Assembly (NCBI GenBank): GCA_964516635.1
Contig: CAZEZY010000001.1
Span: forward strand, 1 to 52,895
DNA from: an uncultured Tepidimonas sp.
GTDB taxonomy: Bacteria > Pseudomonadota > Gammaproteobacteria > Burkholderiales > Burkholderiaceae_C
Direction: 5' to 3'
DNA: 52,895 nt
Within the stretch, counting starts at the first letter, position 1. Each line of letters starts with the position of its first letter. Below, in pieces: positions 45,439 to 52,895 of this stretch. Position numbers and translations under genes: made by a program. Below the pieces are notes generated by a model. The model was not told the DNA's origin, searched no databases, and saw nothing but the letters and a program-made list of their open reading frames with translations.

Positions 45439-46497
45439 ATGCCCTTCCGCTTCTTTCAGCGCATCCGCATCGCCCCGGGGCTGACGCTCAACCTGAGCAA
45501 GCGCGGCGTGTCGGTCTCGGCCGGCCCCCGGGGGCTGCAGTTCACTGCCGGAACCAGCGGCACCCGGGCCACGGTCGGTCTGCCGGGCAGTGGCCTCTTC
45601 TACACCGTGCACAACCCGCTGAGCAAGCGTTCCCGCACGAACCGGGGAAGCCGAGCGTCTGAGAACTCCGGGAACGGAAACAACACGGTCCCCCGAGCCC
45701 GCAAGCCTTCCCTGGGTTTCTTCAAGCGCCTGGTCACGCCGGCTCACGAGAAGGCCTTCGTGGATGGCCTCGCGGCCCTGAGCGAAGGCCGACATGACGA
45801 AACGCTGCGACACCTGGAGTCGGCTCTGCAGAGCCACCCCGCCCTGGCCGATGCCGCCTGGCTGGCCGGTTTGCTCAGGCTCAACCGGGAAGACCATCCG
45901 CAGGCCGCCGAGCACTTCCGCCTGGCGCTGCAGCATGCGGGTCAGCTCGGTCGGCTGTTTGACAAGTACCAGCTGACGCCCCGGGTCTCCCTGCCCGTGA
46001 CCCCCGAGGTCACCGCCCAGTTGCCCGTGAGCGAAGCGGGCGCCCTGCTCGGGCTCATCGAGGCCTTGCAACTTCAGGGCAGACCGACCGACGCCCTGCC
46101 CCATCTGGAGTCGCTGTTGCGACTACAACCCAACGACCCGGTGGCCCTGGCATCGCTGGGCGACATCGCGCTGGAGGGCGACGACCCGAAGCGCTGGCAG
46201 CAGGTGGTGACCTTGACCGCCGACATCGCGAACGACACCGCCATCCACACCGCCGTGCTGCTGTACCGGGCCCTGGCCCTGGTGAAGCTGGGCATGGACC
46301 ATGCCGCCCTGGATGTGTTCACCGCCACCTTGCGCCGTCGCAGCGGACGACCGGAAGCATTGCTCCGAGACCTCCGCTACCAGCGGGCCCTGGTGTACGA
46401 ACGCACCGGCCGCAAAGCCCAGGCCCGGCGAGAATTCGAGCGGATCTATGCCGAAGACCCTGCCTTCGAGGACGTGGCCCAGCGGCTGGGCGTTTAA
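45439..46497 (+). CDS. DUF4236 N-terminal domain protein with a TPR-like C-terminal repeat region
   Basis: The N-terminus MPFRFFQRIRIAPGLTLNLSKRGVSVSAGPRGLQFTAGTSGTRATVGLPGSGLFYT fits the DUF4236 pattern. A low-complexity basic linker follows, then helical repeats of about 34 aa. Confidence 0.6.
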   Translation: MPFRFFQRIRIAPGLTLNLSKRGVSVSAGPRGLQFTAGTSGTRATVGLPGSGLFYTVHNPLSKRSRTNRGSRASENSGNGNNTVPRARKPSLGFFKRLVTPAHEKAFVDGLAALSEGRHDETLRHLESALQSHPALADAAWLAGLLRLNREDHPQAAEHFRLALQHAGQLGRLFDKYQLTPRVSLPVTPEVTAQLPVSEAGALLGLIEALQLQGRPTDALPHLESLLRLQPNDPVALASLGDIALEGDDPKRWQQVVTLTADIANDTAIHTAVLLYRALALVKLGMDHAALDVFTATLRRRSGRPEALLRDLRYQRALVYERTGRKAQARREFERIYAEDPAFEDVAQRLGV

Positions 46498-46710
46498 CCA
46501 ACCGACGCTTTTGGGTCGATTCGATTCACACAGGTTTGATGAGAACGGGTGACAGAACGGCTACCTGTGGAGATGTTCAACGTTGAGTACGAAACCAAGT
46601 CAAACGTACGGCAAATGTACCCAATGGTCATCACGTTCCCAATGGCCATAACCCACCAACAGTAAAAATTGTGGGCACGGCGTGGGCACAAAATGGCCAC
46701 AGATTGGGCC

Positions 46711-46746
46711 AAAAACAAAAAACGCCCACATGGCGTGGGCGTTTTT
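46711..46746. terminator. bidirectional intrinsic terminator
   Basis: Stem CGCCCAC (46723-46729) pairs with GTGGGCG (46735-46741) around a 5-nt loop. It is flanked by an A-tract (46711-46722) and TTTTT (46742-46746). It serves the tRNA on the minus strand and the DUF4236-TPR gene on the plus strand. Confidence 0.75.
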
Positions 46747-46769
46747 GGAGGCCAAGGCCTTGATTTGAT

Positions 46770-46846
<77 letters not shown>

Positions 46847-46869
46847 CCAAGTCTTTTATTCTAACACGA

Positions 46870-47265
46870 TTATTCGGCCGTTGTCGCTTCTTCAGCCGCG
46901 ACTTCTTCGGCACGATCCACCAGTTCGATGATGGCCATGGGTGCGTTGTCACCCACACGGAAGCCCATTTTCAGAATGCGAGTGTAGCCACCAGGACGCG
47001 CTTTGAAGCGGGGGCCCAGTTCATTGAAGAGCTTGACGACCACATCACGGTCACGCAGGCGGTCGAATGCGAGTCGTTTGTTGGCCAGGGTGGGCTCTTT
47101 GGCCAGTGTGATCATGGGTTCCACCACCCGGCGCAATTCCTTGGCCTTGGGTACCGTGGTTTTGATGACCTCGTGCGTCAGCAGGGAGTTCATCATGTTG
47201 CGCAGCATGGCCAGACGATGGCTGCTGGTGCGGTTGAGTTTACGAAGACCGTGTCCGTGACGCAT
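46870..47265 (-). CDS. rplQ: 50S ribosomal protein L17
   Basis: [24 protein letters not shown] is the canonical L17 N-terminus. Confidence 0.96.
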   Translation of the reverse strand: MRHGHGLRKLNRTSSHRLAMLRNMMNSLLTHEVIKTTVPKAKELRRVVEPMITLAKEPTLANKRLAFDRLRDRDVVVKLFNELGPRFKARPGGYTRILKMGFRVGDNAPMAIIELVDRAEEVAAEEATTAE

Positions 47266-47337
47266 GGTAGATTCCTTTCTGTTTTCACTTGCAGCCGTAT
47301 CAGGTACTGCAAGGGGTCATGGGCAATGGATGATGCT

Positions 47338-48324
47338 TCAGTGCTTTTCGAGACCGGCCGGTGGCCAGTTTTCAAGCTTCATACCCAGCGTCAAGCCGCG
47401 AGAAGCCAGCACTTCCTTGATTTCGTTGAGTGACTTCCGACCCAGATTGGGGGTCTTGAGCAACTCGTTCTCGGTGCGCTGAATCAGGTCACCGATGTAG
47501 TAAATGTTCTCGGCCTTGAGGCAGTTGGCCGAACGGACGGTCAGCTCGAGTTCATCAACCGGACGCAGAAGAATCGGATCGAACTGCTGGGCCCCACGGG
47601 AGGGCGCAGCCCCCATTTCAAAGGCATCGGCACCTTCCAGCTGGGCGAAGACCGCCAACTGTTCGACGAGGATCTTGGCAGCCGCGCGAACGGCCTCTTC
47701 CGGTCCCACAGCGCCGTTGGTCTCGATGTCGAGAACCAGCTTGTCCAGATCGGTGCGTTGTTCGACACGGGCATTTTCAACCGCGTAGCTGACACGCTTG
47801 ATGGGTGAAAATGACGCGTCGAGCACGATCCGGCCAATCGATCGGGTGCTGTCATCGCCACGACGCAGGTTGCCCGGGACGTAGCCACGGCCTTTTTCCA
47901 CCTTGATCTGCATGTCCAGCTTGGCACCTGTGGCCAGCGTGGCAATGGCGTGATCGGGATTCAGAATCTCCACATCATGCGGCGTCTGGATGTCTGCCGC
48001 CGTCACGACACCCTCGCCATCCTTGCGAAGGCTCAGGGTGACCTCATCGCGGTTGTGCAACTTGAAAACCACCCCCTTGAGGTTCAGCAGGATGTTGACC
48101 ACATCCTCCTGGACGCCATCAATCGAAGAATACTCGTGCACCACGCCTGCGATGGTCACTTCGGTCGGGGCATGCCCCACCATGGAAGACAGAAGAACAC
48201 GACGCAAAGCGTTGCCCAGCGTGTGGCCATAGCCCCGCTCGAAAGGCTCGAGGGTCACCTCGGCACGGTTGGCCGACAGGTGCTCGACGTTGATGTTCTT
48301 GGGTTTGAGCAGGTTATTCAGCAT
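47338..48324 (-). CDS. rpoA: DNA-directed RNA polymerase alpha subunit
   Basis: Trimmed to [15 protein letters not shown] (GAAGGAAG RBS). Also [17 protein letters not shown] and the C-terminal domain [12 protein letters not shown]. Confidence 0.96.
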   Translation of the reverse strand: MLNNLLKPKNINVEHLSANRAEVTLEPFERGYGHTLGNALRRVLLSSMVGHAPTEVTIAGVVHEYSSIDGVQEDVVNILLNLKGVVFKLHNRDEVTLSLRKDGEGVVTAADIQTPHDVEILNPDHAIATLATGAKLDMQIKVEKGRGYVPGNLRRGDDSTRSIGRIVLDASFSPIKRVSYAVENARVEQRTDLDKLVLDIETNGAVGPEEAVRAAAKILVEQLAVFAQLEGADAFEMGAAPSRGAQQFDPILLRPVDELELTVRSANCLKAENIYYIGDLIQRTENELLKTPNLGRKSLNEIKEVLASRGLTLGMKLENWPPAGLEKH

Positions 48325-48378
48325 TCGGACTTCCTTCAATACCCTCGGCTCGTTACACCGATAAGGCCGATGGAGCAC

Positions 48379-48412
48379 AAAATCCCGGACCCTGCACGTT
48401 GCAGAATCCGGG
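48379..48412 (-). terminator. strand-specific hairpin plus U-tract between rpsD and rpoA (candidate attenuator or partial terminator)
   Basis: The minus-strand RNA CCCGGAUUCUGCA-ACG-UGCAGGGUCCGGG forms a 13-bp stem that includes two G-U pairs possible only on this strand. It is followed by AUUUUGU. Confidence 0.4.
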
Positions 48413-48432
48413 CTCTAAAAATGATCTCGCAA

Positions 48433-49056
48433 TCAACGCGAGTACAGTTCGACAATCAGGGATTCGTTGATGTCGGAACCGAATTCGTCACGGTCAGGCA
48501 CCTTTTTGAAAGTGCCTTCCGCCTTGTCGGTGGCCACGTCCACCCAGGCCGGGAAACCGATCTGCTTGGCGAGTTCCAGCGCTTCCTTGACGCGGTTCTG
48601 GTTGCGGGACTTTTCACGCACGGCCACCACATCACCCGACTTCACCAGGAATGACGGGATGTTCACGCTTTGACCATTGACTTGAATGGCTTTGTGCGAC
48701 ACCAGCTGACGGGCTTCGGCGCGGGTCGAGGCAAAACCCATGCGAAACACCACGTTGTCGAGACGCGATTCCAGCAGACTCAGCAGATTGGAGCCGGTGT
48801 TGCCACGACGGCGATCGGCTTCGGCAAAGTAGCGACGGAACTGCCGCTCCAGAATGCCATAAATGCGCTTGACTTTCTGCTTTTCACGCAGCTGCAGACC
48901 AAAGTCCGAAGTGCGCTGACCCGATGTACGGCCGTGCTGGCCGGGTTTGGAATCGAACTTGGCTTTGTCGCTGATGGAACGGCGAGCGCTCTTGAGCAGC
49001 AGATCGGTGCCTTCACGGCGTGAAAGTTTGGCCTTGGGGCCGAGATAACGTGCCAC
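48433..49056 (-). CDS. rpsD: 30S ribosomal protein S4
   Basis: GTG start with an [27 protein letters not shown] is the canonical S4 N-terminus. Confidence 0.96.
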   Translation of the reverse strand: MARYLGPKAKLSRREGTDLLLKSARRSISDKAKFDSKPGQHGRTSGQRTSDFGLQLREKQKVKRIYGILERQFRRYFAEADRRRGNTGSNLLSLLESRLDNVVFRMGFASTRAEARQLVSHKAIQVNGQSVNIPSFLVKSGDVVAVREKSRNQNRVKEALELAKQIGFPAWVDVATDKAEGTFKKVPDRDEFGSDINESLIVELYSR

Positions 49057-49182
49057 GTGGATTTCCTTCTTTTACAACTGCCGCAGGCATTCCTGCGGGA
49101 GCTGGCACCTTGTGATGCCAGCGGTGGGCTTAACGACAATGCCACTGCACAGAGATGCAGTGGCTTTCAGCAAAAGCTGATG
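49057..49182 (-). other. structured 5-prime leader of rpsD (four consecutive stem-loops)
   Basis: Minus-strand hairpins: UCAGC/GCUGA, GCCACUGCA/UGCAGUGGC (9 bp), GCUGGCA/UGCCAGC (7 bp), CCGCAGG/CCUGCGG (7 bp). The SD and the GTG start follow. Confidence 0.45.
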
Positions 49183-49212
49183 AGTATAGTGCCTGACAGG
49201 TCTTCCCGTCAA
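49183..49212 (-). promoter_or_regulatory. near-consensus sigma70-type promoter TTGACG-18nt-TATACT inside the alpha operon
   Basis: The minus strand reads TTGACGGGAAGACCTGTCAGGCACTATACT. It begins 10 nt after the rpsK stop. Confidence 0.45.
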
Positions 49213-49222
49213 GCAGACAACA

Positions 49223-49627
49223 TCAGATGCGGCGGCGCTTCTGAGGGCGGCAACCGTTGTGCGGCACCGGCGTCACATCAGCAATCGAGGTGATGCGGAT
49301 GCCGAGAGCGCCCAGGGCACGCACCGACGATTCGCGACCCGGACCCGGACCCTTGATCTCGACGTCAAGGTTCTTGATGCCTTGTTCCATGGCGGCGCGA
49401 CCAGCCACTTCAGAAGCCACCTGTGCAGCGAACGGGGTCGACTTGCGTGAACCCTTGAATCCCTGGCCACCGGAAGATGCCCAGGCGAGTGCGTTGCCTT
49501 GGCGATCGGTGATGGTGATGATGGTGTTGTTGAACGATGCATGCACATGGGCAATACCGTCGGCAATGTTCTTGCGGACTTTCTTGCGAACGCGTGCGGC
49601 TGCGCTGCTGGATTGTTGCTTAGCCAT
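49223..49627 (-). CDS. rpsK: 30S ribosomal protein S11
   Basis: [18 protein letters not shown] and the GPGRESS motif. Confidence 0.96.
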   Translation of the reverse strand: MAKQQSSSAAARVRKKVRKNIADGIAHVHASFNNTIITITDRQGNALAWASSGGQGFKGSRKSTPFAAQVASEVAGRAAMEQGIKNLDVEIKGPGPGRESSVRALGALGIRITSIADVTPVPHNGCRPQKRRRI

Positions 49628-49644
49628 AACTGTCCTTTAACCGA

Positions 49645-50010
49645 TTACTTCTTCAGCGACTGGGCGGCCTTGCGAGGACCCTTGCGTGTCCGGGCATTGG
49701 TCTTGGTGCGCTGACCACGGACCGGCAGACCACGACGATGACGGAAGCCACGATAGCAACCAATGTCCATCAGTCGCTTGATGTTCATCGTGGTTTCACG
49801 ACGCAGGTCACCTTCGATGGTGAAGGTATTGACCTGATCGCGCACCTTTTCCAGTTCGGTATCGGTCAGATCCTTGATCTTCTTGGAGTAATCGATCCCG
49901 CAGGCCTCGCAGATCTTGCGAGCGCGGGTGCGACCAATACCGAAAATGGCGGTCAGGCCAATTTCGGCATGCTTGTGCGGAGGGATGTTGATACCTGCAA
50001 TACGTGCCAT
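49645..50010 (-). CDS. rpsM: 30S ribosomal protein S13
   Basis: [26 protein letters not shown] is the canonical S13 N-terminus. Confidence 0.96.
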   Translation of the reverse strand: MARIAGINIPPHKHAEIGLTAIFGIGRTRARKICEACGIDYSKKIKDLTDTELEKVRDQVNTFTIEGDLRRETTMNIKRLMDIGCYRGFRHRRGLPVRGQRTKTNARTRKGPRKAAQSLKK

Positions 50011-50028
50011 GGTGGTCCTCTAGTCGAT

Positions 50029-50142
50029 TCAGCCTTGACGCTGCTTGTGTCGCGGGTCGGTGCAGATGACTCGCACGACTCCATGGCGACGGATGATCTT
50101 ACAGTTGCGGCACATTTTCTTGACGGAAGCCGAAACTCTCAT
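50029..50142 (-). CDS. rpmJ: 50S ribosomal protein L36
   Basis: Not in the ORF track (37 aa). My hand translation of the minus strand gives [37 protein letters not shown], with a zinc-ribbon C..C...C..H pattern. It sits between infA and rpsM, as expected. Confidence 0.92.
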   Translation of the reverse strand: MRVSASVKKMCRNCKIIRRHGVVRVICTDPRHKQRQG

Positions 50143-50172
50143 GTCTTTCTCCTGAACAGATTCTCAAAAAAT

Positions 50173-50391
50173 TCACTTGCTGCGGAACACGATCCGGGCG
50201 CGGGTGAGGTCATAGGGCGTGAGCTCCACTTTGACCTTGTCACCCGGAAGGATGCGGATGTAGTGCATCCTCATCTTGCCGGATATGTGTCCCAGCACCA
50301 CATGTCCATTTTCCAATTTGACGCGAAACGTGGCGTTGGGGAGGTTTTCGATGACCTCACCCTGCATCTCGATAACATCGTCCTTGGCCAT
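50173..50391 (-). CDS. infA: translation initiation factor IF-1
   Basis: [30 protein letters not shown] is the canonical IF-1 sequence. Confidence 0.96.
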   Translation of the reverse strand: MAKDDVIEMQGEVIENLPNATFRVKLENGHVVLGHISGKMRMHYIRILPGDKVKVELTPYDLTRARIVFRSK

Positions 50392-50394
50392 GAC

Positions 50395-51714
50395 TTACGC
50401 ACCTGGAGACGCCTTGAAATTGGCTTTCTTCAAAAGCGACTCGTATTGCTGAGACATCACGTAATTCTGAACCTGTGCCCAGAAATCCATGGTGACCACC
50501 ACAATGATGAGCAGTGACGTGCCACCGAAATAGAACGGCACGTTGTATCGCAGGATCAGGAACTCGGGCAGCAGACAGACAGCCGTGATGTAGATGGCAC
50601 CAGCCAGTGTCAGTCGGAGCAGGATCTTGTCGATGTGTCTTGCCGTCTGATCGCCTGGACGAATCCCGGGAATGAATGCACCACTCTTCTTCAGATTGTC
50701 TGCCGTCTCGCGGCTGTTGAACACCAGCGCCGTGTAAAAGAAACAGAAGAAGATGATGGCTGCCGCATACAGACCCACATAAATCGGCTGTCCCGGTGAC
50801 AGCGCCGCGGCCATGTCACGCAACCAACGGGTTGAATCACCGGTACTCACCCAGCTCACCAGTGTGGTGGGCAGCAGAATGATCGACGATGCAAAGATGG
50901 GCGGAATCACACCGGCCATGTTCAACTTGAGCGGCAGGTGAGAAGATTGCCCACCATACACCTTGTTGCCGACCTGACGACGCGCATAGTTCACGAGAAT
51001 TTTGCGCTGACCTCGCTCAATGAACACCACGAAGTAGGTCACCAGGATCACAAGCAGCACGATGAAGATGGCTGCCAGAATGCTCATGGCACCTGTGCGA
51101 ACCAGCTCGAGCAAACCACCAACGGCACTGGGCAGGCCCGCGACAATCCCTGCAAAGATGAGCAAGGAAATGCCGTTGCCGATGCCACGTTCGGTGATCT
51201 GTTCACCCAGCCACATGAGGAACATGGTCCCGGCCACCAGGCTCACCACCGCCGTGAAGCGGAAAGCGAAGCCCGGATCAATCACCAGTCCTGGCATGCC
51301 TTCCAGCGCCAGCGCAATGCCCAGCGACTGAAAAATGGCCAGGGCCAGGGTTCCGTAGCGGGTGTACTGCGTGATCTTTCGCCGGCCCGCCTCACCCTCT
51401 TTCTTGAGCTGGACGAATGTGGGCACCACATAGGTCATCAGCTGCATGATGATGGAGGCCGAGATGTAGGGCATGATGCCCAGAGCGAACACGGCAAAGC
51501 GCTCGAGCGAACCACCCGAGAACATGTTGAACAGATTCAGGATGTTGCCCTGCTGACCGCGAAACAGCTGGCTGAGCTGATCGGGATCGATGCCGGGCAC
51601 CGGGATGTGCGCACCGATGCGATACACCACCAGTGCCAGCAACAGGAACACCAGTCGGCGACGCAGGTCACCGAACTTACCGGTTTTCGCGAGAGAGGCT
51701 GCGTTTGTGGCCAC
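50395..51714 (-). CDS. secY: preprotein translocase subunit SecY
   Basis: 439 aa with 10 TM helices. [26 protein letters not shown] and GGTSLLI motifs. Confidence 0.96.
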   Translation of the reverse strand: MATNAASLAKTGKFGDLRRRLVFLLLALVVYRIGAHIPVPGIDPDQLSQLFRGQQGNILNLFNMFSGGSLERFAVFALGIMPYISASIIMQLMTYVVPTFVQLKKEGEAGRRKITQYTRYGTLALAIFQSLGIALALEGMPGLVIDPGFAFRFTAVVSLVAGTMFLMWLGEQITERGIGNGISLLIFAGIVAGLPSAVGGLLELVRTGAMSILAAIFIVLLVILVTYFVVFIERGQRKILVNYARRQVGNKVYGGQSSHLPLKLNMAGVIPPIFASSIILLPTTLVSWVSTGDSTRWLRDMAAALSPGQPIYVGLYAAAIIFFCFFYTALVFNSRETADNLKKSGAFIPGIRPGDQTARHIDKILLRLTLAGAIYITAVCLLPEFLILRYNVPFYFGGTSLLIIVVVTMDFWAQVQNYVMSQQYESLLKKANFKASPGA

Positions 51715-51738
51715 AAGCGTATCCGAGTGTGAACCCGA

Positions 51739-52170
51739 TCAGACCAGCGAGCCGCCAGCGGCTTCGATCGCCGCCTTGGCACCGGCCGTTGCGCCGATGT
51801 TGTTCAGCTTCACAGCCCGCTTCAGTTCACCAGTATTGATGACTTTGACCTTTTTTGCCAGTTCAGGGATGAGGCCAGCCTGCTTCAGCACCAGCACATC
51901 GACCTCTGCAGCGCCCAAGGCTTGCAGGTCGGCCAAGGTGACTTCGGCGTTGAATTTCAGGCTTTGAGATTTGAAACCACGCTTGGGCAAGCGGCGCTGC
52001 AAAGGCATTTGACCGCCTTCGAAGCCCACTTTGTGGTAACCACCGGCACGCGATTTCTGGCCTTTGTGTCCACGGCCAGCCGTTTTGCCAAGACCGGAGC
52101 CGATGCCACGACCCACGCGACGCCGGGCGTGCTTCGCGCCTTCGGCGGGCTTGAGAGTATTGAGTTCCAT
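51739..52170 (-). CDS. rplO: 50S ribosomal protein L15
   Basis: [24 protein letters not shown] signature. Confidence 0.96.
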   Translation of the reverse strand: MELNTLKPAEGAKHARRRVGRGIGSGLGKTAGRGHKGQKSRAGGYHKVGFEGGQMPLQRRLPKRGFKSQSLKFNAEVTLADLQALGAAEVDVLVLKQAGLIPELAKKVKVINTGELKRAVKLNNIGATAGAKAAIEAAGGSLV

Positions 52171-52183
52171 ATTGAGACTCCGA

Positions 52184-52366
52184 TCAGATCAATTTGACCA
52201 GATAACTGATCTTGTTGATCATGCCGCGCACCGCAGGCGTGTCCTGCAGTTCGCTGACGCTGTTGAGCTTGCGCAGACCCAGGCCACGCACAGTGGCGCG
52301 ATGGGACTCTTTGCAGCCAATCGGGCTGCGGACGAGTTGCACTTTGATGGTGTTGGTGGTCGTCAT
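52184..52366 (-). CDS. rpmD: 50S ribosomal protein L30
   Basis: Trimmed to [17 protein letters not shown]...[11 protein letters not shown]. Confidence 0.92.
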   Translation of the reverse strand: MTTTNTIKVQLVRSPIGCKESHRATVRGLGLRKLNSVSELQDTPAVRGMINKISYLVKLI

Positions 52367-52377
52367 GATCGCTCCAG

Positions 52378-52887
52378 TCAACCCAGGATGTCTTCAACCG
52401 ACTTGCCACGTTTGGCAGCCACTTCGGAAGGTGTGGTCGAGTTCTTCAGGGCGTCCAGGGTGGCGCGCACCAGGTTGTAAGGGTTGCTCGAACCATGGCT
52501 CTTGGCCACGACGTCGGTCACACCCACGACCTCGAAGACGGCACGCATCGGACCGCCTGCGATGATACCGGTACCCTTGACGGCCGGCAGCATCATCACG
52601 TTCGAAGCGCCATGGTTGCCGTGCACGGCGTGGTGCAGGGAACCACTCTTGAGCGACACCTTGAACATGTTGCGGCGAGCTTCGTCCATGGCTTTCTGGA
52701 CAGCCACAGGCACTTCACGCGCCTTGCCCTTGCCCATGCCGACACGGCCATCGCCATCGCCGACCACGGTCAATGCAGCGAAACCCATGATGCGACCACC
52801 CTTGACCACTTTGGTCACGCGGTTGACCGCAATCATCTTCTCGCGCAAGCCGTCGTCGTTGGCTTCGCTTTTCACATTCGCTTGCAT
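52378..52887 (-). CDS. rpsE: 30S ribosomal protein S5
   Basis: [40 protein letters not shown] signature. The start lies 8 nt from the window edge, so the N-terminus is slightly uncertain. Confidence 0.92.
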   Translation of the reverse strand: MQANVKSEANDDGLREKMIAVNRVTKVVKGGRIMGFAALTVVGDGDGRVGMGKGKAREVPVAVQKAMDEARRNMFKVSLKSGSLHHAVHGNHGASNVMMLPAVKGTGIIAGGPMRAVFEVVGVTDVVAKSHGSSNPYNLVRATLDALKNSTTPSEVAAKRGKSVEDILG

Positions 52888-52895
52888 CTTTGCCA

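Noticed and set aside
46573-46665. A 30-codon ORF (MFNVEYETKSNVRQMYPMVITFPMAITHQQ) in the low-GC tail, considered as a small-protein or type I toxin candidate.
   Set aside because: The GGAG sequence abuts the ATG with no spacing. The hydrophobic stretch is too short for a TM helix, and there is no promoter evidence.

Overview
High-GC (about 60-65% by eye) chromosomal core segment that looks betaproteobacterial (Burkholderiales/Comamonadaceae-like gene order). This placement is inferred from protein motifs and synteny only. No database search was possible, so all family names come from motif recognition. About 53 protein genes are packed very tightly. The housekeeping genes are uup, metY, hemE, priA, rep, fmt-def, a LysM gene with dprA, yajC-secD-secF, and the distal spc/alpha ribosomal cluster (rpsE-rpmD-rplO-secY-infA-rpmJ-rpsM-rpsK-rpsD-rpoA-rplQ) followed by an initiator tRNA. 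Between them lie transporters (LysE, AEC, AzlCD, DMT, MFS), signalling proteins (a hybrid histidine kinase and a MASE1-CHASE-GGDEF-EAL protein), a periplasmic thiol-redox module, and a fused indolepyruvate:ferredoxin oxidoreductase with a divergent Lrp regulator. I see no CRISPR array, no transposase or integrase, no rRNA, and no recognisable defence or toxin-antitoxin module. rpmJ (37 aa) is missing from the ORF track and was found by hand. Several track ORFs carry spurious N-terminal extensions, which I trimmed. The many long ORFs antisense to real genes are high-GC artefacts. Five places may hold uncharacterised biology: (1) a two-gene cassette of unknown function (DUF3293-like plus DUF4236-TPR) with a repeat-rich low-GC tail beside the tRNA; (2) a 779-aa DUF1631-like protein attached to the secDF operon; (3) a near-consensus internal promoter and a four-hairpin leader directly upstream of rpsD; (4) a roughly 40% GC island with two consensus DnaA boxes and an IHF-like site between hemE and priA; (5) a cysteine-free molybdopterin-oxidoreductase-like periplasmic protein paired with a hybrid kinase. 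None of these is proven. Overall this reads as an ordinary core region, and I did not find a clear novel multi-gene system.
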